DNA of 64,000 nucleotides, from contig CM022678.1 of NCBI GenBank assembly GCA_012295275.1, forward strand, positions 7,006,001-7,070,000. The letters are read 5' to 3'. Positions 22,931 through 55,441 of this stretch are shown piece after piece. Position 1 is the first letter of the stretch, and every line of letters starts with the position of its first letter. Made by a program: the position numbers and the translations under genes. A model generated the notes under the pieces. That model worked only from the letters and a program-made list of their open reading frames with translations, ran no database searches and was not told the DNA's origin. The DNA is from Chrysomallon squamiferum (Eukaryota > Animalia > Mollusca).

Positions 22931-24517
22931 ACAGAGAAAGAGAAAAGAGAGACACACAAAAACAGACAGACAGACATTCAGAGAGGGAGAGAGATGCAGA
23001 GAAATAATTACATACAACAAAAAATTATTATTTGTCGAGAATAAAAATAATCGGAGGTTCTCTGCAGAAAAACTCCTCTCTGACTGAGTGTATGTCAAAC
23101 TTGAAATAATTTCCTCGGTATAGCTGGTATTTTATTTATTTTTTACTTTATTTTATTTTATAGTTTATTTTATTTTATTTTTATTGTTTTTTTTTGGGCC
23201 GTTATTCTTCTTATAAAACGTGTATCTAAAACGTCACTGTGTACGAAATTTATCAACTTGGAACCAGCATATAAAATTATATCGTCTGCCATTGTTAAAC
23301 TTTATTTTTTATTTTTTTATTTTTTTATTTTTTATTTTTTACCGCTAGGGAAACAAACACGTCCGTGACGCATTGCTTTCCGGGATAGTCCGCACAAACC
23401 GGTGACGTCACAAACCATTCACGGCCTAGGATAACCTAGGATAACCTATTCGGACGCGAAGGTTCTTCAATCTGCTCGCCATTTTGATCGTGGTGACGTT
23501 CGTGTACACGTCCTCGTCCTCGTCCTGCAGGTCCCAAAACGGCGACTCGTTCACCAGAATCTCGTGACGTCCTCTTCCGACGGCGATCTTAACCGCGAAC
23601 CACCTCTTCCCCGCCGTTTTCCCCACTTCGCCTTTTCGTCGTGACCGGCTCGCGCGCGCCTACCGATAACACCTCCACAGTCACTGTGCTGCCTTCGAGC
23701 CGAGCCATCAGCAGCCAATAGACTTTCGACGGACTGCCGAGGTCTAAAGCCACGGAATTGGATTTCGCGTCTGGCAGAGGAGTCCCCGACACCTCCAGAG
23801 TCGAACCCACGTACAACGGACATGGGGCGTTTATCGTGAAGCGCTGTTCTCTCGTCGGATACGGTCGGGTGCGGGGTATTTGGGTTGTGTAGTTGTTCAG
23901 CTCCCAGCGCCCGTTCTTGTAACACAGCGTTTCTCCGTTCAGCTCGCACTTGGACTTAAACAGACCGCAGCCGAGCTTTATAGAATTAGTCAGTTCGACG
24001 TCCAGATAGCTCATGCCACTGCGTTCAGAATGAGTCACGTGATCGTACTCCTCGCGACCTCTGCAGTGGGGACGGTTCACTCATTCCGTCACGTGACTGA
24101 TTAGTATCGCGCAGCACGGACCGGAAATCGAGTCCGGCCATTCCGTCACGTGACTGATTAGTATCGGATTTCCTGCCTTCCCGTCGTCCGCCGCCGGGGT
24201 TTCGACATGTCCGTCCAGCAAGAGACAGCGGAGAGTTTTCTTGTCGAAGCTGACGGTTTGACATCGAGGACTCAGCTTGCAGCTCGCCGCACAGGAGAAC
24301 TGAGAAGAGTTGGGAAGATCTTCCAGAACCTTCGCCTCGTTTGACGAGTTGCGGCTCGCAGTTTGCTGACGTTTCGATGTGTCTGGACTGACCGCTGCAT
24401 CGAGGAGAGTCGTCAAAAGAGTCCAAACCCAAACCGCTGTTGCTTTGCAAAGAAAATACACAGGGTTGAAATGAAAGAGATGGAAATGATAAAAGAAAAG
24501 ATATGTATGAGCAATAA

Positions 24518-24568
<51 letters not shown>

Positions 24569-24573
<5 letters not shown>

Positions 24574-25085
24574 CAGTAATACCATCATCATAACCACTAG
24601 CGACAACAAAAAGAACGATGTCTACAGCAGCAGCAACATCAACGACGTCGATGATGATGATGATGGTGATGATAATGACAGTAACATCATCATAACCACT
24701 AGCGACAACAAAAAAAACGACGTCTACAGCAACAACAACAACGACGACGTCGATGATGATGATGATGGTGATGATGATAATGACAGTAACACCATCATAA
24801 CCACTAGCAACAACAAAAAGAACGACGTCTACAGCAACAACAACAACAACGACGTCGATGATAATGATGATAATGACAGTAACACCATCATAACCACTAG
24901 CTAGAACAAAAAGAACGACGTCTACAGCAACAACAACGACGACGTCGATGATGATGATGATGATGGTGACAGTACCATCTACAGATCGATGATAATGATG
25001 ATGATGATGATGACAGTAACACCATTATAACCACTAGCAACAACAAAAAGAACGACGTCTACAGCAACAACAACAACGACGACGA
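24569..25085. repeat. Tandem repeat, ~100-125 bp unit, 5 copies
   Basis: atgacagtaacaccatcataaccactagc.acaacaaaaagaacgacgtctacagcaacaacaac...gacgtcgatgatg repeats, with variable internal trinucleotide tracts. Confidence 0.88.
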
Positions 25086-25190
25086 TGACAACAATAACGA
25101 CGATAATAATAATAATAATAATACCAGTATTAATAACGATAATGAAGATAATAACAACTGTTATTGTTATTATCATCATCATCATCATCA

Positions 25191-25224
<34 letters not shown>

Positions 25225-25283
25225 CATTATTATTATTATTATCATCATTATTATCATCATCATTATCATCATCATCATCATCG

Positions 25284-25317
<34 letters not shown>

Positions 25318-25318
<1 letters not shown>

Positions 25319-25418
25319 TAACGCTGCTGCTACTGTTACCTAAAACACATCTAAATACATCCCGACAGCGTTTACTAACTAAAACATAACGTGATACTAC
25401 TACTACTACGTCTACATC
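25318..25418. repeat. Dispersed ~100 bp direct repeat, copy 2
   Basis: Matches 18703-18802. Confidence 0.8.
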
Positions 25419-25585
25419 TACTACTACCACCACTATTACTACTACCACTACTACTGATAGTAACGCCATTATTCCTACTACTACTACCACCACTACTATT
25501 AGTAGTAGTACTACTGCTACTACTACTACTACTGTTCCACAATAATATAATCATTGTAATTATCACTGTCATCACAAACATCACT

Positions 25586-25616
<31 letters not shown>

Positions 25617-25738
25617 ATGAAAAGCATTATCATCAAATAAAATTTACCTTTTTTCACGAATTCTTTCATTTTGCTACAAGAACAGTTCTTCTCAGTTCCT
25701 TTCAACTCGAATGTTGAATTTCCAAGACTCCAAAGACA

Positions 25739-25744
25739 TTTATA
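25739..25744 (-). promoter_or_regulatory. Putative TATA box of the PAN-domain gene
   Basis: TATAAA on the minus strand ~70 nt upstream of the ATG at 25669. Confidence 0.35.
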
Positions 25745-27036
25745 CGTATTCCACAATTTTAAAGTACAGTGAAAAAACTATAAGACTATTATCTAGAAAA
25801 AAAAAAAAAAAAAAAAATGGAAACAAAAAAAGAAATAAAGAAGACTCACATAAGTATGTCTATCGGTGTTTTGGGAATTGAAACGTCATAAAATATTTAC
25901 CGCAGTTTTATCCAGTCTTTCGTATCTGAATCTAAAAATCTACTTTTACTTCCAGATGTTAAATAATTTAATGAGTTGTTCTGATGAATGAAAGTCCAGA
26001 TTTTACAAAGGCAGAAGCTGACAGACAACAATATTTCCATCATCATCATCATCATCAACGTCATCGTCATCGACATCATCAGTGACATCAGTATAGTTAT
26101 TATTATCGTCGTCGTCATCATCGTTATTATTATCATCATCATAATCAACGTCATCATCATTATCATCATCATTAAGATAATCACCGTCATCATCATCATC
26201 AGTGCCAGCATCAACGTCACCATTATCATCACTGGAAAATTAGTAACAACAGCAACAGTGCCGACATTAACAAAGACAAGTTTATTTATTATTACTATGC
26301 TATTTATTACTGTTAGGAAAAACAGCAGGAACTGGTGCTGCTGTTACTATACTACTACGACTACTACTACCACCACCACCACCACTACAACTACTACTAC
26401 TACTACTAATAATAATAATAATAATAATACGACTACGACTACGACTACTACTATTTCAAGAAACATAACTAATACTGCTATTGATGATACTACAAAACCT
26501 GTTCTTGCAACCATTGCAAAAACGTCAACCACTACAACTCCAACTACGAAAGGTGTTGCAGCAACATGCTAACTCATCAACACTATTGATGCTAACAGTT
26601 CTAAAAATTCCATTACTGTAAAAATTATAATGGCATTCAAAGTATTACTAAATAAATAAACAAACAAACAAACAAACAAACAAACAAAATAAATATTAAA
26701 AAAAATAAATAAAAAAATAAATAAAAAAATGAATAAATAAATACATAAATAAATGAACAAAAAAAAAAAATAATAATAATAATAAAAAAAAGAAGAACAG
26801 AATACATTTTGTTTTACTTTACAATGAATAAATGATACAATAATATTCTGGCATATAGATAAAAAAAAAAAAAAAAAACGAAAAAAAAAAAGTTATGTCG
26901 TATTTAGTTTTAGTTGGCTTCTCAGATAACACAGCAAGCTTTAGATGACTCATTAATATATAACATACAAGTACTGAACTAAATATAGTCGTTTGTGTGT
27001 GTGTGTGTGTGTGTGTTTGTATATATATATATATAT

Positions 27037-27118
<82 letters not shown>

Positions 27119-27392
27119 TTATTCTTTATATACGTCTATGACAGTGACCGCCACTTACAAATGCTGAATGAATGACAGTAATATAATACGGAGAATTTAT
27201 AATCTGCCTCATTTCGTAAACAATGAAAATAATTCCCACCACTACTGGTTAAATATCTTTACAACAAGAATTACTAACTGTATGAAATACAACTGCTACG
27301 ACCACTACTACCACTACAACTTCTATTAATACTACTGCTGCTAGTTTTGTTTTATTTTTAGAGATACAACTGTTCGACTAAACAAAACTGTT

Positions 27393-27449
<57 letters not shown>

Positions 27450-28216
27450 TTGTGTATGTATGGGTTTCTTTCCTGATAATATTCCATTCTTTATTTCCAT
27501 TGTTATAACTACTCATTATATTTCATAGATATGAACGACACTTTACACATATGTCATCTCATGATCAGAGTATATCTTGTATTTAGGTTCATGTAAAATA
27601 TAAATTTTTTCTGACAATCGACAAAAGTAGTCCTCATAAGATTTTGTAGTCATTTTTAATCTTTTATTACATCTGTAAGAGGAATATAACTTGCTCTTAA
27701 TAAACAAATAATAATTAAAATATTTTTCCTTCCCGTTCGTCAATGGACACGTATAGCATTAACTAATTAAACAGAGTGGACTGCGTTCAAGTTTCATCAT
27801 TCGAATATTCATGTATTCATGTTAAACCGTTAGCAAAAGGAATAATGCAAACACACGATACTGAATGAAATTTGCATACTGTAAAATCGATAGTTAGAGG
27901 TTTTGGTAGATATCTGAGCATGGTTTTCTTCAACGTTCATAAATAAAGATAAATAAAGATAAATGATTCAGCGAACGCTAAAGTGTGCAGATAAAATCAA
28001 ATTAAGAAACTCAACTTTGTTTTAAACATTCATTGTTGTGATTTTTTCCCATATTTTACTTGTTTGTTTTTCTTTTTGTCTTCATTCGTCATTCCTTCTT
28101 CGATCATTTTCATTCTAAGTTTCATCATCTTTCTATACTTAAATAAATAATTGTATGAATAAATCAATAATAATAATAATAATGTTGATGCTGTTATGAT
28201 TATTATTTTTATTATC

Positions 28217-28274
<58 letters not shown>

Positions 28275-28290
28275 CTATTTATATTATTAC

Positions 28291-28333
<43 letters not shown>

Positions 28334-28417
28334 CATGGTGATGCTAAGAATATGCAAAACTAAATAAATTAAGAAGCAAGCTTTGTCATGAAATGTAAAT
28401 AATTAAAAGCACACATA

Positions 28418-28454
<37 letters not shown>

Positions 28455-28685
28455 TCCACACACTGTCGTTTTCGTTTCATCACAACCTTCACAACTTCAT
28501 ATAAATTTAATCTTCACCCAACTGTTACATCAAACTCTTTCATAAGTCAGATCTTCAACTTTTTTCTTTTTTCTTTTCTTTTTTGTTAAACATTTTTTCC
28601 CCGCCATAACTGTATCAACAAAAATACCAGCAATTAATTACTAATCCGATAAACACATCACACTTCAATTATCAAAAGGTGCTAA

Positions 28686-28900
28686 CGTCCACCAGATGTC
28701 GCCATTTCCGAATATTTTATTTATGGAGATTGTTTGTTACGGACATTCAGAAAACAATGACGGCGTGGTTTTACAAACAGCGATGTCGTAACCAATGTTC
28801 AGTCGTGTACAACGTTTTTCACTGAAATCTTCTCACATTCTGAGTTGTCAGCGAGTATGGATGTTGGAATCCAGCAGGTAAAAAAAAAAGTTTAAGGTAA
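28686..28900 (+). promoter_or_regulatory. Promoter and probable non-coding first exon of SLC18B1-like B
   Basis: Unique CpG-containing sequence conserved in the inverted copy. CTCF-like ccaccagatgtcgc at 28689-28702. cacattctgagtt at 28834-28846 is shared with the D upstream region. Candidate donors cag|gtaaaa (28878) and aag|gtaaaa. Confidence 0.55.
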
Positions 28901-29063
28901 AAAAATGTTTATCTAAGTTTCAGTATGAATTAACGATATGTTAAGTACCTTTTAAGTATATTTTATTCATTTATTTTTTTTAAATTTTTTTTTTGTTTTT
29001 TATTATTCACTTCCTCCTTCTTTTCATTTTGTTTTTTTTTTTTGCATGTACGCACATCTTCTT

Positions 29064-29152
<89 letters not shown>

Positions 29153-29238
29153 CGTTATTATTACTATTATTAGTAGTTGTAGAAGTAATAAGTAGTATTA
29201 GTATTATAATCGTCATCATCATTATTATTGTTATTATA

Positions 29239-29271
<33 letters not shown>

Positions 29272-29401
29272 TGTTGTTGTTATTATTATTATTATTATAT
29301 ATTATTGTTACTATTATTAATATTATTATCATCATCATCATTATTATTATTATAACTACTATTATTATTACTATTAATTGTTCTTAATGATGATGATGAT
29401 G

Positions 29402-29466
<65 letters not shown>

Positions 29467-29530
29467 AACAGACAGGAGACAACTCAGATGGCTTTTAAAA
29501 TCTGAACAAAAAAAAAAAAAAAAAAAAAAA

Positions 29531-38945
<9,415 letters not shown>

Positions 38946-39027
38946 CGGATTACGTCACGTCACTTGGTCGCTAATGACGTATCTACGGAAGGGCTGTCAT
39001 TAAGTCAAATACAACACTGTGACTTTT

Positions 39028-39453
39028 GATTTCACGGACCAACAGGGGAGAACACTGGTCCGGAAATTGCAAAAATAGCGAATGTAAACATTAACTTTAA
39101 AATTTTTCCAAAACATTAAACTTTAATACGCATTAACAAGTAACAGCTGTAATAATAATATACAGCCATAAAAACAAGTTAAACAAATGTGACACCTTAT
39201 ATGCAAAAACACAAAAAAAATGACAGTAGGAGAATAATGTAAAAGTTTGTTAAAGGTTAAGATGGTTATGGGTGCAGTTGTAAAAAATCTACTCTTTACC
39301 TCGGCAGGAAAGAGGGTTGAGAAAGGGTTGATAGAGGGTTGCCGTGATCGTATAGTGGAATTCAGAATAACTTAAAACTACTTGGAGGTGAGATTTCAAG
39401 TGGGAAATGGCGGTAAACTAAAATTTGGTGATTTCTCCGAGGTCCGTGAAATC
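39028..39453. mobile_element. Putative MITE-like non-autonomous element bounded by inverted repeats
   Basis: gatttcacggacc (39028-39040) and its exact reverse complement ggtccgtgaaatc (39441-39453), with weaker similarity continuing inward (ggagaa.cac). No ORF. No clear target-site duplication. Confidence 0.45.
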
Positions 39454-40182
39454 CAGGGTTAAAACCATGATTTAAGTTAGATATACAAACATACCAGCTT
39501 ATGCGACTACCTGTATATAAAAGTCGCCTGTCTATAACGGATGCCTCGTAATACGTTTTATTATATACTCAAACTCTAACTAACAGCTACCTCTGTAATA
39601 CAACCGTTTCTGTCCGGTATCTAGAGTGGCCCTCACAGAAAGTTTGAATAAGATAAAATTGTGCATCTATATTAATGTAACTCGAAACAAAACAATCGCA
39701 GCTATATTACTATACTTAAATAAGTGTGTGTGTGTGTGAGTGTGTGTGTTTTAGATATACATTATACACACATATACACTCACACGAGCATCCATACTTA
39801 TATATATATATATATATAAATATACACACATACATACATACTTATACACATATTTTACTTACACAAAACTTTTCGAGAATATATATATATATATATATTG
39901 TTAATATTTCTTCCTGTAATATATTTTCTCTACCAACTTTAAATGAACGGTTTGTCAATGTATATAAATATTAAGTAAAATATTTAAAATTATTCTATTC
40001 AGTGTTTTGTTTCTTTGTTGTGGAGAAAAATATATTCTCAGGAAAATTTCACCGAATCATAACAAAATATTCCTACACATAACAAAAGTTCAGGAGTAGT
40101 AAGATGGACTCTTCAGCTTTGAAATAAGACATAATCTGCATACTTATAATTTATTAGATAACGTACTGGATGTATCGATTGC

Positions 40183-40280
<98 letters not shown>

Positions 40281-40772
40281 GGATCGGTAAAACTGATAAA
40301 AACAACACGTGTTTGTTGTTTTATTTGGTTTTGGTGTTTGTCGATCGTTGGACTAATAAAACAAACTACAAAAAGAAATTTAAAGTAAAATATATGATTT
40401 AATTTGTTAAACCAACAGCAGTATTAATGCAAATAGACCAGTTAGTTAATATAGTATCAAACACAATTACAAAATACATAATATTACGATAAACAGACAA
40501 AGATACATACACATACACACACACTGTGATAGACACAGAGACAGATACACACACACAACACACACTGTTTAGATAGACAGACACAGAGACAGATACATAG
40601 ACAGACAGACAGGGAAATTATTTGTCTTTCGTCCAATTACTATACACAAATTATAACCGTGTCCTGATATAAAAATAAGCCATAGTTTCAGAAAGCTACG
40701 ACTACCACGGCGTCAAATATCAACAACATTTCTTAGCATTTTCTCTCGCCGACGAACGCACGAACACTTGCA

Positions 40773-50764
<9,992 letters not shown>

Positions 50765-51437
50765 GGTATCAGATTACTCACTAAAGCGTTCACAGCTGAA
50801 AACTTTCTGCTTTGTGTTTTGTAGATGATCATATTAATATATGCGTAGCTGCAACCACGTAACAGGTGTATGTGGTCATGAATGAATGAATGATTAAATT
50901 TAAAACAAAAAATGAAGCGACTGTGATAAATTAATATGGCTTAGGTATGGACACATTCAAATATCGTCAAAATGAATGGAGTTTATTATAAATCTGTAAA
51001 CGTGTTTTAGATCTGTAAGCGAATGTCACCAGAAAACAGTGCACAACACCACAGAAACAAAACATTCAACTTTCCACAACGATCCGTTATTATTTCATAT
51101 TTAATTCTGTGTTTTAATTACTAAAATTTACAAGCGTTCTCACTGAATGTATTTTTGTAGTAGGAATGTACTAGTGAAAATAACAATAATAAAATAAACC
51201 AAAACATTTTTTCGAGTTATAGATGTTTCGACATACCCGATACATTCGACTTTACGAAGATATTCGACTTTACGAAGATATTCGTCTACCACGAAGTACT
51301 TGTTATAAGCGAGATATTAGACTGAAGCGGTATTATAAATTGTTAACAGAGGCCTGGATTAGATAACTTTGTATTTTGTTTCTACTATCTGCACCAATAA
51401 AAAAAACTATATTTACACGATTATAAATTGTTAATAA

Positions 51438-51472
<35 letters not shown>

Positions 51473-51499
51473 TTTTTTTTTTTTTTTTTTTTTAATTTC

Positions 51500-51781
51500 A
51501 AATAACGAAATTAAAGTTTCTTCTGTGAATGGTTGCATCATAAGCATGTTTCATTTCAAACCGTCTTTTCAAAGTCAATTTAAGCTTTTAATTAGTGAAC
51601 CTATATGAACGTGTCTACGGATTTTATAATTATTGTGAATAAAACCTATATTGTACATGTATATATATATATATATGTATGTTCATATAGGTTCACTAAC
51701 TAAATTGACTTTGAAAAGACGGTTTGAAATGAAACATGCTTATGATGCAACCATTTACAGCAGAAACTTTAATTTCGTTAT

Positions 51782-51783
<2 letters not shown>
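51500..51783. repeat. Fold-back inverted repeat, ~105 bp arms with a ~70 bp spacer
   Basis: 51500-51610 (aaataacgaaattaaagtttc...gtgaacctatatgaac) is the near-exact reverse complement of 51681-51783. Confidence 0.88.
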
Positions 51784-51824
<41 letters not shown>

Positions 51825-53456
51825 TAAAAATAATAATAATAAAACAAAATAATTATTATTATAAATATAAAAAAAAATACATATTTTGATAGAATATTGG
51901 TTTATCTCTTTTTCGATTATTCGAGTAATTTTGGTCTTCTTGTGTGTTCACTGAAGCGCGATCTTGTGCACAGCACATAAACAAGACCACGCATGACTGG
52001 ATAAATAATAAAACAAGAAATATGAAAAGTTGTACCTTTGTGAACGTATAATCGACAGAGCTTTTGTTTTGTCAGTTATTTGGGTGGATGTTCCGAAAGT
52101 ATGGTCCTAAAAGACGAAAGAAAGAAAACAAGACAACAAACAAACAAAACGACAAACAATCTATCGAAAAAAAGCTTAAGTGTAAAACATCTCGCTTATA
52201 TCGAATATATCGATTATATGGACTATATTACTGAAGGCCAGACGTTTCATTTATACCGAATATATCGATTATAACGAATATATCGCTTATAACGAATATA
52301 TCGATTATAACGAATATATCGATTATAACGAATATATCGCTTATAACGAATATATCGATTATAACGAATATATCGATTATAACGAATATATCGCTTATAA
52401 CGATTATATCGATTATAACGAATATATCACTTAAACTAAACATCGCGCTTAAGTCATACATTTCGTTTATATCGATTATATATCGATTATAACGAATATA
52501 TCGCTTAAATCGAACATCTCGCTTATATCGTATATATGGATTTTATCGATTATATCGAATATCGCTTATGTCGAATACATCGCTGACATCGAAGATCTCT
52601 GCAATAATAATTGCATTTTATGAACTTATAATGCAATGCAGTTTTTTTTTTATTGATAACAGGCTTGATTTAGTTTAGAATTCGACAGACAGTAAAACGG
52701 AACATGTAAGTAGGAAAGAAAAACATCAGCGATGCAGTAGCATCGATACTCAAGAAGAAGGCGTCACCTCCTTTTTATTTTACAATTTATTTGTTGTGCA
52801 GTTTATTTATTTCTGTTATGCAACAATTAGAAACGTTTATTACCTGGCGTTTGTCAGGCTTAAAGCAATTATCTTACTGGGTTTTGGTTTTTTTGCTCTT
52901 TTAAACAAAGTATAATTATACTAAGTTATCAAAAATCAAAAACAAAACGTTGTAATATATCCAGATGTAGGCACTCCCTGTAGAAAGTCGTGAATTGCAG
53001 AATAATAAAAATTGTTTGTTTTATTGAAATAAAAGCTTGGCACGAGGACGTGATTGCTGTCACGTCAGCCAGGACGTTGTGACCGTCTCGTTAAATCGAC
53101 TGAGTAGTTGGCTACGTTTTGCCGTACCATAGCTTTGTTGCAAGATACCTTTATGCACTGTAAATTTGATTCACTGTAGTTAGTCTTAATATTCTATTGC
53201 TCGATCTTCTTTAGAATGAAAAACTGTTACGATAGAAAATTCAATATTTTTTTCCTATTATCTGCCCCAGTAAAAACCTACATTTACAGGATTATAGATT
53301 GTTAATAGAGACCTGAATTAGAGTATGTAATCGACATAATCATTCATATGCGTGTTTACCATATACACAAGTAAACGGCATAATAACAGTTTACAGATAT
53401 ATACACTTTGTCTGTTATCTGCCACAGTAACACGCTGCATTTTCAGAATTCGAACA

Positions 53457-53496
<40 letters not shown>

Positions 53497-55386
53497 AATT
53501 AGAAAATCCGTAGATACGTTCATATAGATTAATTAATTAAAAGGTTAAATTGACTTTGAAAAGACCTTTTGAAATAAAACATGTTGCAACCATTTACAGC
53601 AGAACCTTTAATTTCGCTATTAAAAAAATATAATAATAAATACTACTACTACTACTACTACTAATAATAATAATAATAATAATAAAACTAAAAATACTAC
53701 TTTTGATATTGCATTTATACTACTATTATTACTACTACTACTACTACTACTACTACTATTCCAATACTACTAATAATAATAATAACAATAATAATATAAA
53801 TATAAAAAGAAAAACTTGTTTTGATATTGCATTTATGCGTATCTATTCTGCTACTATTATTTTGTTATTTTAAATAAACTGTTTTGATAGAATATTGTTT
53901 TATCTCTGTTTTGGTTATTCAAATATTTTTGGTCTTCTTTGTGTGTTCAAGAAACAAACCTTGTGCACAAACAATCATCATAAACAAGACCACGCAAAAC
54001 ACTGGATAAATAATAAAACAATGAAATATGAATAGTTCTTTCCTTTATACCGAATATATAATCGACAGATATTTTGTTTTATCGAATATTATTTAACGAA
54101 TATATCGATGTTCCGAAAGTATGGTCCTAAAATACGAAAACGAAATATCGAAAACAAAAAATTATAACGATTAAATCAAAAAGACAAACAATCTATCGAG
54201 AAAAAGCTTCAGTGTAAAACATCTCGCTTATATCGAATATATCGATTATAACGAATATATCGATTAAATCAAACATCTCGCTTATATCGTATATATGGAT
54301 TTTATCGATTATATCGAATATCGCTTATCTCGAATACATCGCTGACATCGAAGATCTCTGCAATAATAATTGCATTTTATGAACTTATAATGCAATGCAG
54401 TTTTTTTTACTGATAACAGGCTTGACTTAGTTTAGAATTCGACAGACAGTAAAACGGAACATGTAAGTAGGAAAGAAAAACATCAGCGATGCAGTAGCAT
54501 CGATACTCAAGAAGAAGGCGTCACCTCCTTTTTATTTTACAATTTATTTGTTGTGCAGTTTATTTATTTCTGTTATGCAACAATTAGAAACGTTTATTAC
54601 CTGGCCTTTGTCAGGCTTAAAGCAATTATCTTACTGGGTTTGGGTTTTTTTGCTCTTTTAAACAAAGTATAATTATACTAAGTTATCAAAAATCAAAAAC
54701 AAAACGTTGTAATATATCCAGATGTAGGCACTCCCTGTAGAAAGTCGTGAATTGCAGAATAATAAAAATTGTTTGTTTTATTGAAATAAAAGCTTGGCAC
54801 GAGGACGTGATTGCTGTCACGTCAGCCAGGACGTTGTGACCGTCTCGTTAAATCGACTGAGTAGTTGGCTACGTTTTGCCGTACCATAACTTTGTTGCAA
54901 GATACCTTTATGCACTGTAAATTCGATTCACTGTAGTTAGTATTAATATTCTATTGCTCGATCTTCTTTAGAATGAAAAACTGTTACGATAGAAAATTCA
55001 ATATTTTGTTCCTATTATCTGCCCCAGTAAAAACCTACATTTACAGGATTATAGATTGTTAATAGAGACCTGAATTAGAGTATGTACTCGACATAATCAT
55101 TCATATGCGGGTTTACCATATACACAAGTAAACGGCATAATAACATTTTACAGATATCTGCACTTTGTCTGTTATCTGCCACAGTAACACGCTGCATTTT
55201 CAGAATTCGAACAATATAATATATATATATATACAATAATTAGAAAATCCGTAGATACGTTCATATAGGTTAATTAATTAAAAGGTTAAATTGACTCTGA
55301 AAAGACGTTTTGAAATAAAACATGTTGCAACCATTTACAGCAGAACCTTTAATTTCGCTATTAAAAAAATAATAATAATAAATACA

Positions 55387-55441
<55 letters not shown>

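Larger units (their letters stand above)
23426..25669 (-). pseudogene. Disrupted secreted PAN/apple-domain protein gene with a Cys-containing middle module and a galectin-like C-terminal domain
   Basis: Exon 1 is 25669-25648 (caaaATG AAA GAA TTC GTG AAA AAA G|gtaaat). It splices in frame to 24442 or 24436, giving a signal peptide MKEFVKKA(TA)VWVWTLLTTLLDAAVS. PAN pattern SQFSCAASCKLSPRCQTVSFDKKTLRCLL. Galectin-like PCPLYVGSTLEVSGTP...WFAVKI...HEILVNESPF...VTTI. Lesions: in-frame TGA at 24083-24081, +1 frameshift near 23633-23636, and a 10-bp duplication at the 3' end. Confidence 0.72.

Noticed and set aside
24081-24083. In-frame TGA as selenocysteine or programmed readthrough
   Set aside because: It corresponds to a Trp codon in a duplicated segment, a separate frameshift lies downstream, and no SECIS was recognised.
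39341-39415. Full tRNA-His gene
   Set aside because: Only the first 18 nt match. There is no anticodon arm, T arm or acceptor-stem partner.
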